From: a virus
Lineage: Duplodnaviria; Caudoviricetes
Reading direction: 5' to 3' (one strand)
DNA: 64,000 bases
Virus record (IMG/VR): IMGVR_UViG_3300029288_001872
Span: 96,001-160,000 of that record
Position numbers and translations under genes: made by a program. The notes below the pieces were generated by a model. The model worked only from the letters and a program-made list of their open reading frames with translations. It was not told the DNA's origin and searched no databases. Below are positions 21,755-32,185 of this stretch, piece after piece (positions within the stretch are counted from its first letter, which is position 1; every line of letters begins with the position of its first letter).

Positions 21755-22741
21755 ATGGTTAAATGTCCAGAAAGCATTGAGGAATTACAAGAATTAGAAA
21801 GATTATTACCTCTTTGTAAAAAAACTTTATATGAAACTGCTCAAGCAAAACTAGAGAGTGGTGCTGCTTCTAGCATTAGAGATGCTGCACGACAAATAGG
21901 TGAAGAGACAGGACGCTCACCGGGAGTTATACGAGTTGCAATTCAAAGAGAGGAACGCGAGCGCATGGCAACAATGTTGCCACCTTGTGAAACAGAGTTA
22001 CAAGGTGATGAAAAACACCCACCTCAACCCATAACAGTTTCTCAACTTTGTAAAGAAACACTAAAAGATGGCGAAACAGAAGGTGATGAAAAAATCTGTC
22101 TGTGGTGTAAAGATTACGATTATGAAAAAGAAGTGTGTTGGCGCTTTAAATGTGATATGTGGGCACAAAGTCTTGGTTGTGATAATTGGAAACACATTGA
22201 AGATGACGAAGAAGAAGACCAAGAGGATGCCAAAGAATCTAAACCATCTATTTGTTCATTAATGACTGGCGATCAAGAATCTTACACACCAGAAAAATAT
22301 ATTGAAGCAGCAAGATTAACAATGGGGAGTATAGATTTAGACCCAGCATCCAACGAATTCGCCCAAAAAACAGTTAAAGCCACCACCTACTACACCAAAG
22401 AAGAAAATGGGTTAGATAAAAACTGGGATGGAAATATTTTTCTTAATCCACCTTATAGTCATCCAGATATAAAACACTTCGTAGATAAATTACTTTCTGA
22501 ATTAAAACCAAATCAACAAGCAGTCTTATTAACAAACAATAATACTGATACAAACTTTTTTCATAATGCAGCAAGAAAAGCATCAGTAGTTTGTTTTACA
22601 AAAGGAAGAATAAATTTTAACAAATTAGACGGAAGCACATCAAGTCCTACTAATGGACAAGTATTCTTTTATTTTGGTGAAAATACAGATGAGTTTATTA
22701 AAAACTTTTCTGAATTTGGTTTAATGATGGTTGTTATATGA
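21755..22741 (+). CDS. DNA N6-adenine methyltransferase (phage Dam type) with N-terminal extension
   Basis: YTP, IDLDPAS, FLNPPYS, GRINF. Confidence 0.88.
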   Translation: MVKCPESIEELQELERLLPLCKKTLYETAQAKLESGAASSIRDAARQIGEETGRSPGVIRVAIQREERERMATMLPPCETELQGDEKHPPQPITVSQLCKETLKDGETEGDEKICLWCKDYDYEKEVCWRFKCDMWAQSLGCDNWKHIEDDEEEDQEDAKESKPSICSLMTGDQESYTPEKYIEAARLTMGSIDLDPASNEFAQKTVKATTYYTKEENGLDKNWDGNIFLNPPYSHPDIKHFVDKLLSELKPNQQAVLLTNNNTDTNFFHNAARKASVVCFTKGRINFNKLDGSTSSPTNGQVFFYFGENTDEFIKNFSEFGLMMVVI

Positions 22742-23178
22742 CAATTAGATTTAGGAATAAATTCGAAAACTCAAAACCAGCAGGATTCGATGGCGAGTTT
22801 GATTGGGATTTTTTGTTACCTGCTTTTAAAGGTACAAAAATAGAGCCTATGGATTTTGATTGTGTAGTTGAAAGAAGAGGACATTTCCTTATTTTTGAAA
22901 CTAAAAGCAAAAACAAAGAAGTCCCTTTGGGTCAACAAATAACTCTTAAAAACTTAGTTATATTAGGTGAAGGAAAAGTTCATGTTATAATTTTGTGGGG
23001 GAAAACACCAAATGAAGTATCATCAATGGAAGAATGGTATTATGAAGATGGAAGACAAAAAATTTTCCATAGAAATAATTGTTCTTCTGATTTTATTTTA
23101 AAATTAACTACAAAATGGTTTAGTTATATAAACCAAGAAAAGAAATTCTCACAACTATCTCTAAAAATTAAAAAATAA
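22738..23178 (+). CDS. PD-(D/E)xK nuclease-like protein
   Basis: MDFDCVVERRGHFLIFETK...GQ. Confidence 0.55.
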   Translation: MTIRFRNKFENSKPAGFDGEFDWDFLLPAFKGTKIEPMDFDCVVERRGHFLIFETKSKNKEVPLGQQITLKNLVILGEGKVHVIILWGKTPNEVSSMEEWYYEDGRQKIFHRNNCSSDFILKLTTKWFSYINQEKKFSQLSLKIKK

Positions 23179-23803
23179 CCAAACCTATGCCATTACCACC
23201 GCTTGAACAAACTGATCAACAATACACAAATGCTTTCAACAGATATAAAACCAACACAGAAAGAAATAACCAAGCATTGAAAAATTACATTCTTAAACAA
23301 ATATTCAACAACCATGATATAGGCATCATAGTTAAGAAAGATGACAATTTTCGTGATATAAACAAACTGTACATTGAAACATTTACCAAAATTAATTCAG
23401 AAGAAGAATACACACCATCTGAATTATATACCAACAAAAACGCTTGGTTATATTGTATAGGCGACCAGCAAACAATTTGGATATTTGGGTGTAAACAACT
23501 AAAAGAATTGCTTAGACCAAGTAGTATGAAATGTAAGTTTAAAAATACTATATTTGGTTTTGACTTTGGTGAATATGAAGATTGTTTTGATAATTGTGAT
23601 GACTGGTTAGAATGTAGAAGAACTAAAGATAGGAAATACGAATTAAAAACTTCTGTGGTGTCAAAAGGATATATGATGCCTGTTGAAGATGCAGACAAGT
23701 TTTGTTTGAAGAAGGTGGAAGTTGAATAATTTGTTTTAGGTCAACTTTTTCATGACAAGACTATTAGATTATGATAAACTAATATATATGGAGAAATTAA
23801 ATT

Positions 23804-24061
23804 ATGCAGGACAATTTTGATTTATCTTCTTTGTTAAAAACAAATGAAAATTCTAATGATGAAAGTTTCAAAGAATTTTTCAGTAGTCGCAACATATCAC
23901 AAAATAAATTAGCAGAAACCATTGGTATTTCTGTTTTCATTATGCATTGTTGGTTAAATAATAAAATTAAAATACCTGAAAAGCGAATTAAACAATTAGA
24001 AGAATTAAAAAACATGATTATTGATTGGGAGAAAGAAAATGGAAAGAAATTCAATTCGTAG
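23804..24061 (+). CDS. XRE-type HTH regulator
   Basis: ISQNKLAETIGIS...WLN; promoter resembles the one before 21024. Confidence 0.7.
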   Translation: MQDNFDLSSLLKTNENSNDESFKEFFSSRNISQNKLAETIGISVFIMHCWLNNKIKIPEKRIKQLEELKNMIIDWEKENGKKFNS

Positions 24062-25059
24062 AAAAGAAGATAATAAAAAATTAGGAGAAATAAAAAATGG
24101 ATAAAAGAGAAAACAATTTAATAAACTTATATTACAGTCTTTGTGAAGCAACTTATAACATAGAAGAATTTATTAATAATAATGAAGAAAAATCCAAAGT
24201 TTTTATAAATTTTGAAAGGATAAAAAATCTATGCAAAATCTATAGCAAAATTAAAAAGATACAAGGAGAGTTATTAAATACATATCCAATTAATTTTGAT
24301 GAAAGTAAATTAATTGGAGAAGAAAAACCAGAATGGGATAAAAAGTCGGGCCTTACTGAAGAAGAATGGGAAGAATCTGATTTTGGCAAAGGTTGTGAAT
24401 TTGGTCTTTGTTATAATTGTGAGTCCTTAGCAAATTGTCTTGTTGAACTTAATGAAGATTATAAAGTATCAGAAGATGGAACAGAATATGTTAAACCAAA
24501 AAAAGGTATAATTGTCAAAAGGAAATTTTAAATGAGTTATAATTATAAAGAAGAATTAAAAAAATGGAAGAATCAAAAACCATCAGAACGATTTTGGGAT
24601 TTATCATGTGGTGGTGCTAAAGGAGAATTTTGTGATGGACCTTGTGGTGGCGTAGAAGTATATCGTGGTGATTTTAAAGGATTGTTAAAGAAAATTAAAA
24701 AATTACAAGAAGATGACAAATCTTAAATTCCTACCAATCAAATATCTTCCAGAGATATCCAAACAAGATTGGAAAATTATTAAAGCCAATTCTAAATATC
24801 CAAAATTGGTGTCTGCAATATATCTCGCTTTTATAAGTTATCCAATTATAAAATGGACACCAGAAATAATAATTGAATATATCTTTGATAATGAACATTT
24901 ACAACAACACAAAGATTTAGAAATATATAGATATAAATTAGATTATGAAGATGAAGAAGAATGTTGGCCTATTTATAGAAGATATCTTATTTTTAGAGCT
25001 ATGTTAGATTTCACCCAAATTGCTAAAAATCCAAACTTTGAATTTAGTGGAGTCAAGAA

Positions 25060-26796
25060 ATGGTTAACGAAAGAGAAGAAATTTGCCGACAAACTAGTGA
25101 AGAATATACCGAGTTGGTGGCCGATAAACCGAAACTCAAAAGCCAACACATCCCAGGACACATCCTACAACTAACACTGGCCAATGGTGTCACACCTCTA
25201 GACAAAGAAATTCTTGCAGTCATAAATAGAATGGTAAGATATGCGCCATCAGACCAATTCATAGCTAATGAATTAGGTCATTCAAAAGAAACTATCAAAA
25301 AAGCAAGACAATTGATGGAAAAGAAAGGTTTGTGTATTTCAAACAAAGAAAAAAAGAAAAAGAAAAGATTCAAAGTAGATTTGCCAGACCCGCCTAAAAA
25401 AACGATGGAAGAAGGTTTAGTCATTGATTCTGTAATAATGAATATTTTTGGAAATTCATTACTGCGACAAGTAGTTGCTGTTGATTGTGGATTTCCAAAA
25501 CATGCAGATGGATGGAAGGCATGGAAAATTGGTATTTCAAAAAGGCACTTTTTAAGACAAAAAGACATACTAAAATTTATGGGTGTATTGAAGTCTATAA
25601 AGAAAATTATGGGTGGTTTAGGGGAAGTTCTGTCATACCAAGAAAGGGAAGTTCTGTCATCATTCCAGGGGAAGTTCTGTCCTTCTTTTGGTAAAGAAGT
25701 ATTTAGTAAAGATATTCTAGGTAATTCATCTTCTTTATCTAAAGATAAAGAAGATAAGAAGTTGGACAAGCCAACTTCTATAAATGGTGAATTTTCAAAG
25801 AATGAATTTTCAAATGAAACCTCTTGCTCATCAAAAGATAATAAAATGTTTTTAAAAAAACAAACACCTCTTGCCACTATCAATAATGAAACCTCTTTGG
25901 AAAATTTAATTATTCCGAATTCTGAAACTAAGAAGGACAAACTTATGGAAGATGCCGCTTTTGAAACCAAACCTAGATTATACGAATTGTTAGACAAGGT
26001 ATCAACCAAACCAAAACCTAAAAAGAAAAAGGCTCATCGCAAATGTCAAGAATTGGAAGAAATGCTGATTTGCTTTCCGAAACTTCCGAAAGTTAAAATT
26101 ACCGAAAATTCATATTTGAAATGCGCCAAAGTAATAAAGGATTTGGAAAATGGTTTGTATGAAACTTATGGTATGGAAATGGTGAATTTAATTGCTGCTA
26201 ATTTAGAAGAAACAGGAATAACCAAAAGCCAGGTCTTGAAAGTATTCAGAAATAAATATTCCAAAGAAGAAAGGTTTGAATTTTATTTAAGACTTGAAAA
26301 ACTAAAAGACCCAACTTATCTTCCTAATTTAAAACAGAATGGTTTGAATATAGGAAATGCTCTATATAATCCTCACGCTATGGGCATCAAGTCTTGGTTA
26401 GTTTATGTTATGATTAAACCACCTGTCAAGAAACTTGAATGGACTGATGATGAATTACAACAAAGAAATAATGCTTTGAAACAATTAAAAGAAGCATGGG
26501 AAAATATGAATGACAACAGAATTGATAATGCTTTGAAATGGCTGCATATCCATTACAAGAAAGACTTGGTTGATAAAGGTGATAAAGATGGTAATTTAGG
26601 CGAATTATGTAGTGGTGGTTTTGATAAATTCATAAGCAGATATATTGCGTGGATGATGGTTTACTATGGCGAAATGGTTGATAAAGATGATGCTATAGTT
26701 AATGTTGGATGGTTAGATAAGAAGTCTAAACCATTTAGAAAATTTATGGAAACATATAAAGATTATATGGACCATTTAATGGAATGTGTAAATTAA
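25060..26796 (+). CDS. Putative replication initiator (HTH-containing)
   Basis: HTH-like SDQFIANELGHSKETIKKARQLMEKKG; internal direct repeats; precedes the helicases; start codon uncertain. Confidence 0.5.
   Translation: MVNEREEICRQTSEEYTELVADKPKLKSQHIPGHILQLTLANGVTPLDKEILAVINRMVRYAPSDQFIANELGHSKETIKKARQLMEKKGLCISNKEKKKKKRFKVDLPDPPKKTMEEGLVIDSVIMNIFGNSLLRQVVAVDCGFPKHADGWKAWKIGISKRHFLRQKDILKFMGVLKSIKKIMGGLGEVLSYQEREVLSSFQGKFCPSFGKEVFSKDILGNSSSLSKDKEDKKLDKPTSINGEFSKNEFSNETSCSSKDNKMFLKKQTPLATINNETSLENLIIPNSETKKDKLMEDAAFETKPRLYELLDKVSTKPKPKKKKAHRKCQELEEMLICFPKLPKVKITENSYLKCAKVIKDLENGLYETYGMEMVNLIAANLEETGITKSQVLKVFRNKYSKEERFEFYLRLEKLKDPTYLPNLKQNGLNIGNALYNPHAMGIKSWLVYVMIKPPVKKLEWTDDELQQRNNALKQLKEAWENMNDNRIDNALKWLHIHYKKDLVDKGDKDGNLGELCSGGFDKFISRYIAWMMVYYGEMVDKDDAIVNVGWLDKKSKPFRKFMETYKDYMDHLMECVN
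25622..25681 (+). repeat. Three direct repeats GGGAAGTTCTGTC (candidate iterons)
   Basis: Copies at 25622, 25646 and 25669. Confidence 0.8.
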
Positions 26797-27015
26797 AGGA
26801 TATAGGATGGATAAATTATGAAACATTATAAAATTGGCTCAAGATTCTTAATTAATGGTGAAAGATATATTCTTACACAGGTAAATCAGTTTGAAGTATA
26901 TCTTGTTAATGTTACAACTGGCGCACAATTTGATAATAAAATTTCTTTTGAGTCTATATCAGAAAAAGACTTTAAAGACATCTGCAAGAAAGATTATAAA
27001 TTGGTTGGGTAATTA

Positions 27016-28401
27016 ATGTTATCATTAATAGTAGATTCAAGACTAAGACTTCCTCTTGGACAACTTTCGCCAGAATTATTGGAAAAGATAAAGAAAGAGT
27101 TTACGTTCAGAAATCCTCAATATTTTCAGGCAAAAAACTCAGGAAGGTCAACGTGGAAAGTCTCAGAGTATATTCGCGGGTATAAACTATCAAAAAGAGA
27201 ATTATACATACCAAGAGGTGCAACATCTAATGTTATTTCATTATTAGAAGATGATGGAATAGAATATCAAGTAATCAACAATACTAGAATGTTGCCAAAA
27301 GTCGATTTTGAATTTCATGGTGAATTGAGAGAGACACAAATAGAACCTGTTAAAGCTATTCTAAGTCGTAAGTTCACAACTTTATCTTCGCCTGTAGCGA
27401 GTGGCAAGACTTGTATGGCATTATATACTGTAGCAATTAGACAGCAGCCTGTGTGCGTTATGGTACATACCCGTGCGCTCGCAGATCAATGGTGTGAAAG
27501 AGCAGAGCAATTTCTTGGACTTGACAAAAAAGATATTGGAAGAATTGGCGATGGTAAGAAAAACATAACAAATTTTACCGTAGCTATGATGCAAACTTTA
27601 GCTAAATGTAGCAAAGAAGTTGCACCATATTTTGGATATTTCATAGCTGATGAAGTTCACAGATGCCCGTGTTCTACTGCGATTAAAGCCACATCTGGAT
27701 TTGATTCAGCTTTTGCTACTGGTTTAAGTGCGACTCACAATCGCAGAGATGGAATGACTCCGCTCATCTACTGGACCGTGGGGCCTCTAACTGGGGAGGT
27801 TGGTTTGGGTTCTTTGGTCAGAGAAGGTAGTGTTATGATGGTAGAGCCTATAATTAGAGAGACTAATTTTAGAAGCAGCCTTTTGGAACCATCGTGGGTT
27901 GACTTAGTTACAGAACTTTCTCAAGATCAAGAGCGAAATGAATTAATAATTAATGATGTATATAAAGAATCAAGAAAAAGCATTTGTGTAATTTTATCAG
28001 ATAGAAAAGCACATTGTGAATTATTAACTTCTATGCTTGTCAAGATGAATGTCAGAGTTGAAATGGTAACTGGCGATGTAGGTGGAATTGAAAGAGAAGA
28101 AATATTGAACAGATTGAAGAATGGTGAAGTTGAAGTTCTTGTGGCAACAGGTCAATTATTAGGAGAAGGATTTGATGAAAAGTCTTTGAATTCTTTATTT
28201 CTTGTTACTCCTGTTAAACATTATTCAAGACTAGTACAATATTTAGGTAGAGTTTCAAGGGTGACTGAAGAAAAAATTAAAAATGGAATTAAGAGTAAAA
28301 TTTTTGATTATACAGATATTCATTGTGACTTTTTGATGAGAGCCGTGGAAGAGCGTCAACGTACTTACAGAAAACTAAAAAAAGAAAGTTTGAAGAATTA
28401 A
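27016..28401 (+). CDS. SF2 DExH helicase
   Basis: ASGKT, DEVH, GLSAT, GEGFD, QYLGRVSR. Confidence 0.92.
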   Translation: MLSLIVDSRLRLPLGQLSPELLEKIKKEFTFRNPQYFQAKNSGRSTWKVSEYIRGYKLSKRELYIPRGATSNVISLLEDDGIEYQVINNTRMLPKVDFEFHGELRETQIEPVKAILSRKFTTLSSPVASGKTCMALYTVAIRQQPVCVMVHTRALADQWCERAEQFLGLDKKDIGRIGDGKKNITNFTVAMMQTLAKCSKEVAPYFGYFIADEVHRCPCSTAIKATSGFDSAFATGLSATHNRRDGMTPLIYWTVGPLTGEVGLGSLVREGSVMMVEPIIRETNFRSSLLEPSWVDLVTELSQDQERNELIINDVYKESRKSICVILSDRKAHCELLTSMLVKMNVRVEMVTGDVGGIEREEILNRLKNGEVEVLVATGQLLGEGFDEKSLNSLFLVTPVKHYSRLVQYLGRVSRVTEEKIKNGIKSKIFDYTDIHCDFLMRAVEERQRTYRKLKKESLKN

Positions 28402-28405
28402 ATAT

Positions 28406-29941
28406 ATGGCAGATGAACCTCAATTTACAAGAAAGCGCCTCGATTTTTCGATAGAGGGGAGGATATTAACTTCTCTCATTATGTCTGATAAGTTTATTCA
28501 GAACATCGCTCCAATGCTAAAGATTGAATATTTTACAAACACTTTCTCTCGCGCTATTGCCGTTTGGTGTCTTGATTACTATAAGATTTATGGAAAATCT
28601 ATCAAAAAAGATATTCAAAATGTTTATGAATCAAATAGACGTTCTGGTCAGATAAGAGAAGACGCAGATTTGATAGCTTCTTTTTTGCAAGGGCTTTCCA
28701 CTAAATTTGAAGAAGAATTGGAAGAAAGCGAAGCATATAATTTAGAATATCACTTAGATCAGGCAGAAGCATATTTCAAAGAAAGAGCATTAACTTTACT
28801 TTCTGATAATTTACAACAAGCACTTACTAATGGAAGAATCTTAGAAGCACATGAAGCAGTAGCTACATTCAGAGTACCAGACAGGGTTATGGAAATTGGT
28901 TCTGAACCATTTGACAATCCAGATTTGGTTAAGAAAGCATTGGAGAAGAAAGAAGGTTTTTTTAGAATACCAGGACACTTGGGCGAAATGATGGGTAGTT
29001 TTAAGCGAGGAAGTTTAGCAGCTTTAGCAGCGCCGATGGCTGGAGGCAAAACCACCGCTATGATAGACTTCGCCTTGCAAGCCTATTACAGCAGATTAAA
29101 TGTAGCTTTCTTCTCACTTGAAATGGCAGAAGATGAAGTAACAGAAAGAATGGCAAGAGCCATTACTGCATCACCTAGAAAATCAGGCAAATATTTATTT
29201 CCAGTTTGGGACTGTTTAAATAACCAATTAGGAACTTGCAAAAAGAGAGGTTTTGAAAATCCTACTATAGCAAGAAGTATTCAAAAAGGTAGAAGCACTA
29301 TAATTGAAAGAGACGAATTTCCAGTGCATAATTATCGACCATGTATTCAATGTGATAAATTTAAAATTACTGCATGGTGGGAAGAAATTGAAAAGAAAGG
29401 CATATCAACTAAAGAAGCCATACAGAAATTCCAAGGTTTGAAAGAAACATTTTCTTCTAGATTCAAATTGGTATCATGGCCAATGTATTCAGCAGGATTA
29501 CAAGAAATTATTTCTTGTTTAAGAATATGGGAAAACATGGAAGGGTTCATACCAGATTTAATAGTGGTAGATTACGCTGATTTGTTGAAACCAGAATCTA
29601 ACCAGAAAGAAGAAAGACACAATCTAGATAGAATTTGGAAAGGGTTGAAAGCCTTGTCTCAGTCTACTAAAACTTTGGTTTTGACAGGGACGCAGACTAG
29701 AAGAAGCACTTTGGAAAAAGGTGAGGTTGGACAAGCTGACATGGCAGAGGACATAAGGAAATTGGCTCATGTGGATGCCATGTGGGGTTTGAGCCAGACG
29801 CCTGATGAGAAGAGGTGGGGTCTAGCCAGGATAGGAATGCTGAAACAGAGGCATGACGAATTTGATGTAGTTTCACAGTGTTACATATTGCAACAGTTGA
29901 AATGTGGTCAGTTTTGCTTGGATTCTAGACTCAAAAAATAA
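28406..29941 (+). CDS. dnaB: DnaB-like replicative helicase
   Basis: APMAGGKT, FFSLEM, VVDYADL, TQTRR; Cys-rich insert. Confidence 0.88.
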   Translation: MADEPQFTRKRLDFSIEGRILTSLIMSDKFIQNIAPMLKIEYFTNTFSRAIAVWCLDYYKIYGKSIKKDIQNVYESNRRSGQIREDADLIASFLQGLSTKFEEELEESEAYNLEYHLDQAEAYFKERALTLLSDNLQQALTNGRILEAHEAVATFRVPDRVMEIGSEPFDNPDLVKKALEKKEGFFRIPGHLGEMMGSFKRGSLAALAAPMAGGKTTAMIDFALQAYYSRLNVAFFSLEMAEDEVTERMARAITASPRKSGKYLFPVWDCLNNQLGTCKKRGFENPTIARSIQKGRSTIIERDEFPVHNYRPCIQCDKFKITAWWEEIEKKGISTKEAIQKFQGLKETFSSRFKLVSWPMYSAGLQEIISCLRIWENMEGFIPDLIVVDYADLLKPESNQKEERHNLDRIWKGLKALSQSTKTLVLTGTQTRRSTLEKGEVGQADMAEDIRKLAHVDAMWGLSQTPDEKRWGLARIGMLKQRHDEFDVVSQCYILQQLKCGQFCLDSRLKK

Positions 29942-30571
29942 TTTCAAGAAATTTGAAAATAATTCTTGACAAAGGGTTTTGAGGGTCTATAATATAGGAA
30001 AACTAAGAAGGGGGAGGAAATTTTTGGATACAACTCATGAAGAAGAATTAAAAATTCTAGGCAAAGAATTGATGGGTTGGACCCTTTTTGGAATTTCTCC
30101 TATAACTGGCGTGTTTGGCGCAAGATGGTTATTTTACCCCTTTGAAGATTATGGCACTAAATTTGAATTTTTTGATGATAAAAATTGTATTGATTTTATA
30201 AAATGGAACCCGTTTGAAAACACTATTCAAACCTTTGGAATAATAGACAAATTAATTGACAATGGGTGGAAAGTTTTTAGCCTTGAATATGACAATTTAT
30301 ATAATGATGGTAAATGGAAGGCTTTATTTTATAAACTAGGAAACGCAGTAGGTTATGGAGAAACTAGAGAAGAAGCAATTTGTTTTGCTGCTCTTGAAAC
30401 TTTGGAAACAATTGAAGAAGAATCTTATGTTTTTCAAGGTTATAGATTTTGGAAATGTTGTCACCAAAATATTGCCTTTGGTCATTTTTCTAATTGTCCG
30501 ATAGTATTGAAAAAGAAATTAGAATTGGAATTAAAAAAGAAATCTAATGTTATAGATAAAGAGGGAAATCA

Positions 30572-31561
30572 ATGAGAATCTTAAGACATCTTAAAGTCCC
30601 AACTGGTGACATTTTGGTTGCCCAAGGTGAAAAAGACCAATTAGAAATGCTTTCTTTGGGTGATTATGGCAAAGAAGTAAACCTAAAAGCTGATTTCATG
30701 GGACTTTCTAGACCTCTTGACCAAGTTTCTCATTGCAATCTTCTTCCTTTGACTGAAAAATGGGTAATTACAATATCTACTCAATACGGTTGCTCAATGA
30801 ATTGTACTTTTTGTGATGTTCCAAAAGTTGGTCCTGGCAGAAACGCCACATTTAAAGACCTCATACATCAAGTTCTAACTGGTATTAAATTGCATCCAGA
30901 AATTACCCATACAAACCGGCTTAATGTCCACTTTGCTCGTATGGGCGAACCTACTTGGAACCCAAACGTATTAGATGCAACAAAATGGATGAAAGAACAT
31001 TTGGATGCAGAATATAAAGTTCATCCTGTAGTTTCTACAATGATGCCAAAGAATAATATTTGGTTAAAAACTTTTATTCACACTTGGATGAGAATCAAAA
31101 ATCGCTTATATCTTGGCAATGCTGGTTTGCAACTCAGTATCAATTCAACTAATGAAAAAGAACGAAATGAAATGTTTTCTGGTAACGCATTGTCTCTTAA
31201 AGACATTTCAAAAATTATGGAAGGTATTATTCCGGCAGGTCGCAAAATCACTCTTAATTTTGCGATTGCTGACTATGAAATAAATCCAGAAATCCTTTTG
31301 GAATATTTTGACCCCGACTACTTTATCATCAAACTAACTCCGATGCATAAAACAGAGAAAGCACTTCAATTTAACATTAAAACTAATGGTGATTATACGA
31401 CTTATCATCCATATCAAGAAATTGAAGAAAAATTAAAAGTTGTTGGATATGACGTTCTTGTTTTTATCGCTTCTGAATATGAAGATATGGGTAGAATAAC
31501 TTGTGGTAATGCTATTTTATCTGGGACTCTTCCAGAATGTCCTTATGAGGAATTAATATGA
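30572..31561 (+). CDS. RlmN/Cfr-like radical SAM protein
   Basis: ISTQYGCSMNCTFC, RMGEP and C-terminal ITCGN. Confidence 0.8.
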   Translation: MRILRHLKVPTGDILVAQGEKDQLEMLSLGDYGKEVNLKADFMGLSRPLDQVSHCNLLPLTEKWVITISTQYGCSMNCTFCDVPKVGPGRNATFKDLIHQVLTGIKLHPEITHTNRLNVHFARMGEPTWNPNVLDATKWMKEHLDAEYKVHPVVSTMMPKNNIWLKTFIHTWMRIKNRLYLGNAGLQLSINSTNEKERNEMFSGNALSLKDISKIMEGIIPAGRKITLNFAIADYEINPEILLEYFDPDYFIIKLTPMHKTEKALQFNIKTNGDYTTYHPYQEIEEKLKVVGYDVLVFIASEYEDMGRITCGNAILSGTLPECPYEELI

Positions 31562-32100
31562 ATTCATGGATAGATGATTTAATTGTGTTTTTAATGGGAG
31601 TTTTCGCTTTGCTTTTATGTGTTGCTATCTTTGCTTTACCAATAGAATATTATTCGGCCAAAAGTAAAATAGCTGAATACAAATCAGTCCAAACTACTTT
31701 GGAAAACGCTCGTGAAAATAAAAATGCTAATCCTTATGAAATCGCCGCTATCCAACAAAAAGTAGTGGATAGCAATAAATGGTTGGCTAATAAACAATAT
31801 TGGAATGATACTATTTTAGGTTGGTATATTCCTGACGAAGTTGATGATTTGAAGCCGATAAGGTAAATTATGAACATTCTATGTAAAAGTTGTGGTGATC
31901 CCATCAACCATCTTTCCCTTTTGTTGAAAGGAGAAGAAGTTTTTGGCAATGGTTCTGCAACCAATGAAGGAGATTGCCTATCTTGCTACTTCATCAAGAA
32001 CCCGATAGGAAGCGAACCCGAGTAGTGCAAGGATTTGGAAAGATGGGGTTGTCTTGATTTTATGAACTGAAAATTATTTTCAATTTTCTCAACTTTTCTC

Positions 32101-32129
32101 TTGCGCTATGGGTTTTGAAATTCTATAAT
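32101..32129 (+). promoter_or_regulatory. sigma70-type promoter
   Basis: TTGCGC-N17-TATAAT; same type also near 18704 and at 54436. Confidence 0.6.
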
Positions 32130-32185
32130 ATAGGTAATGAAAGATTGTGGTAGAAGAATAGAATTTAAACTGTAGAGGAGGGATT

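Noticed and set aside
25278-26009. 243-aa minus-strand ORF
   Set aside because: Antisense to ORF 25060 and against the uniform + strand gene orientation
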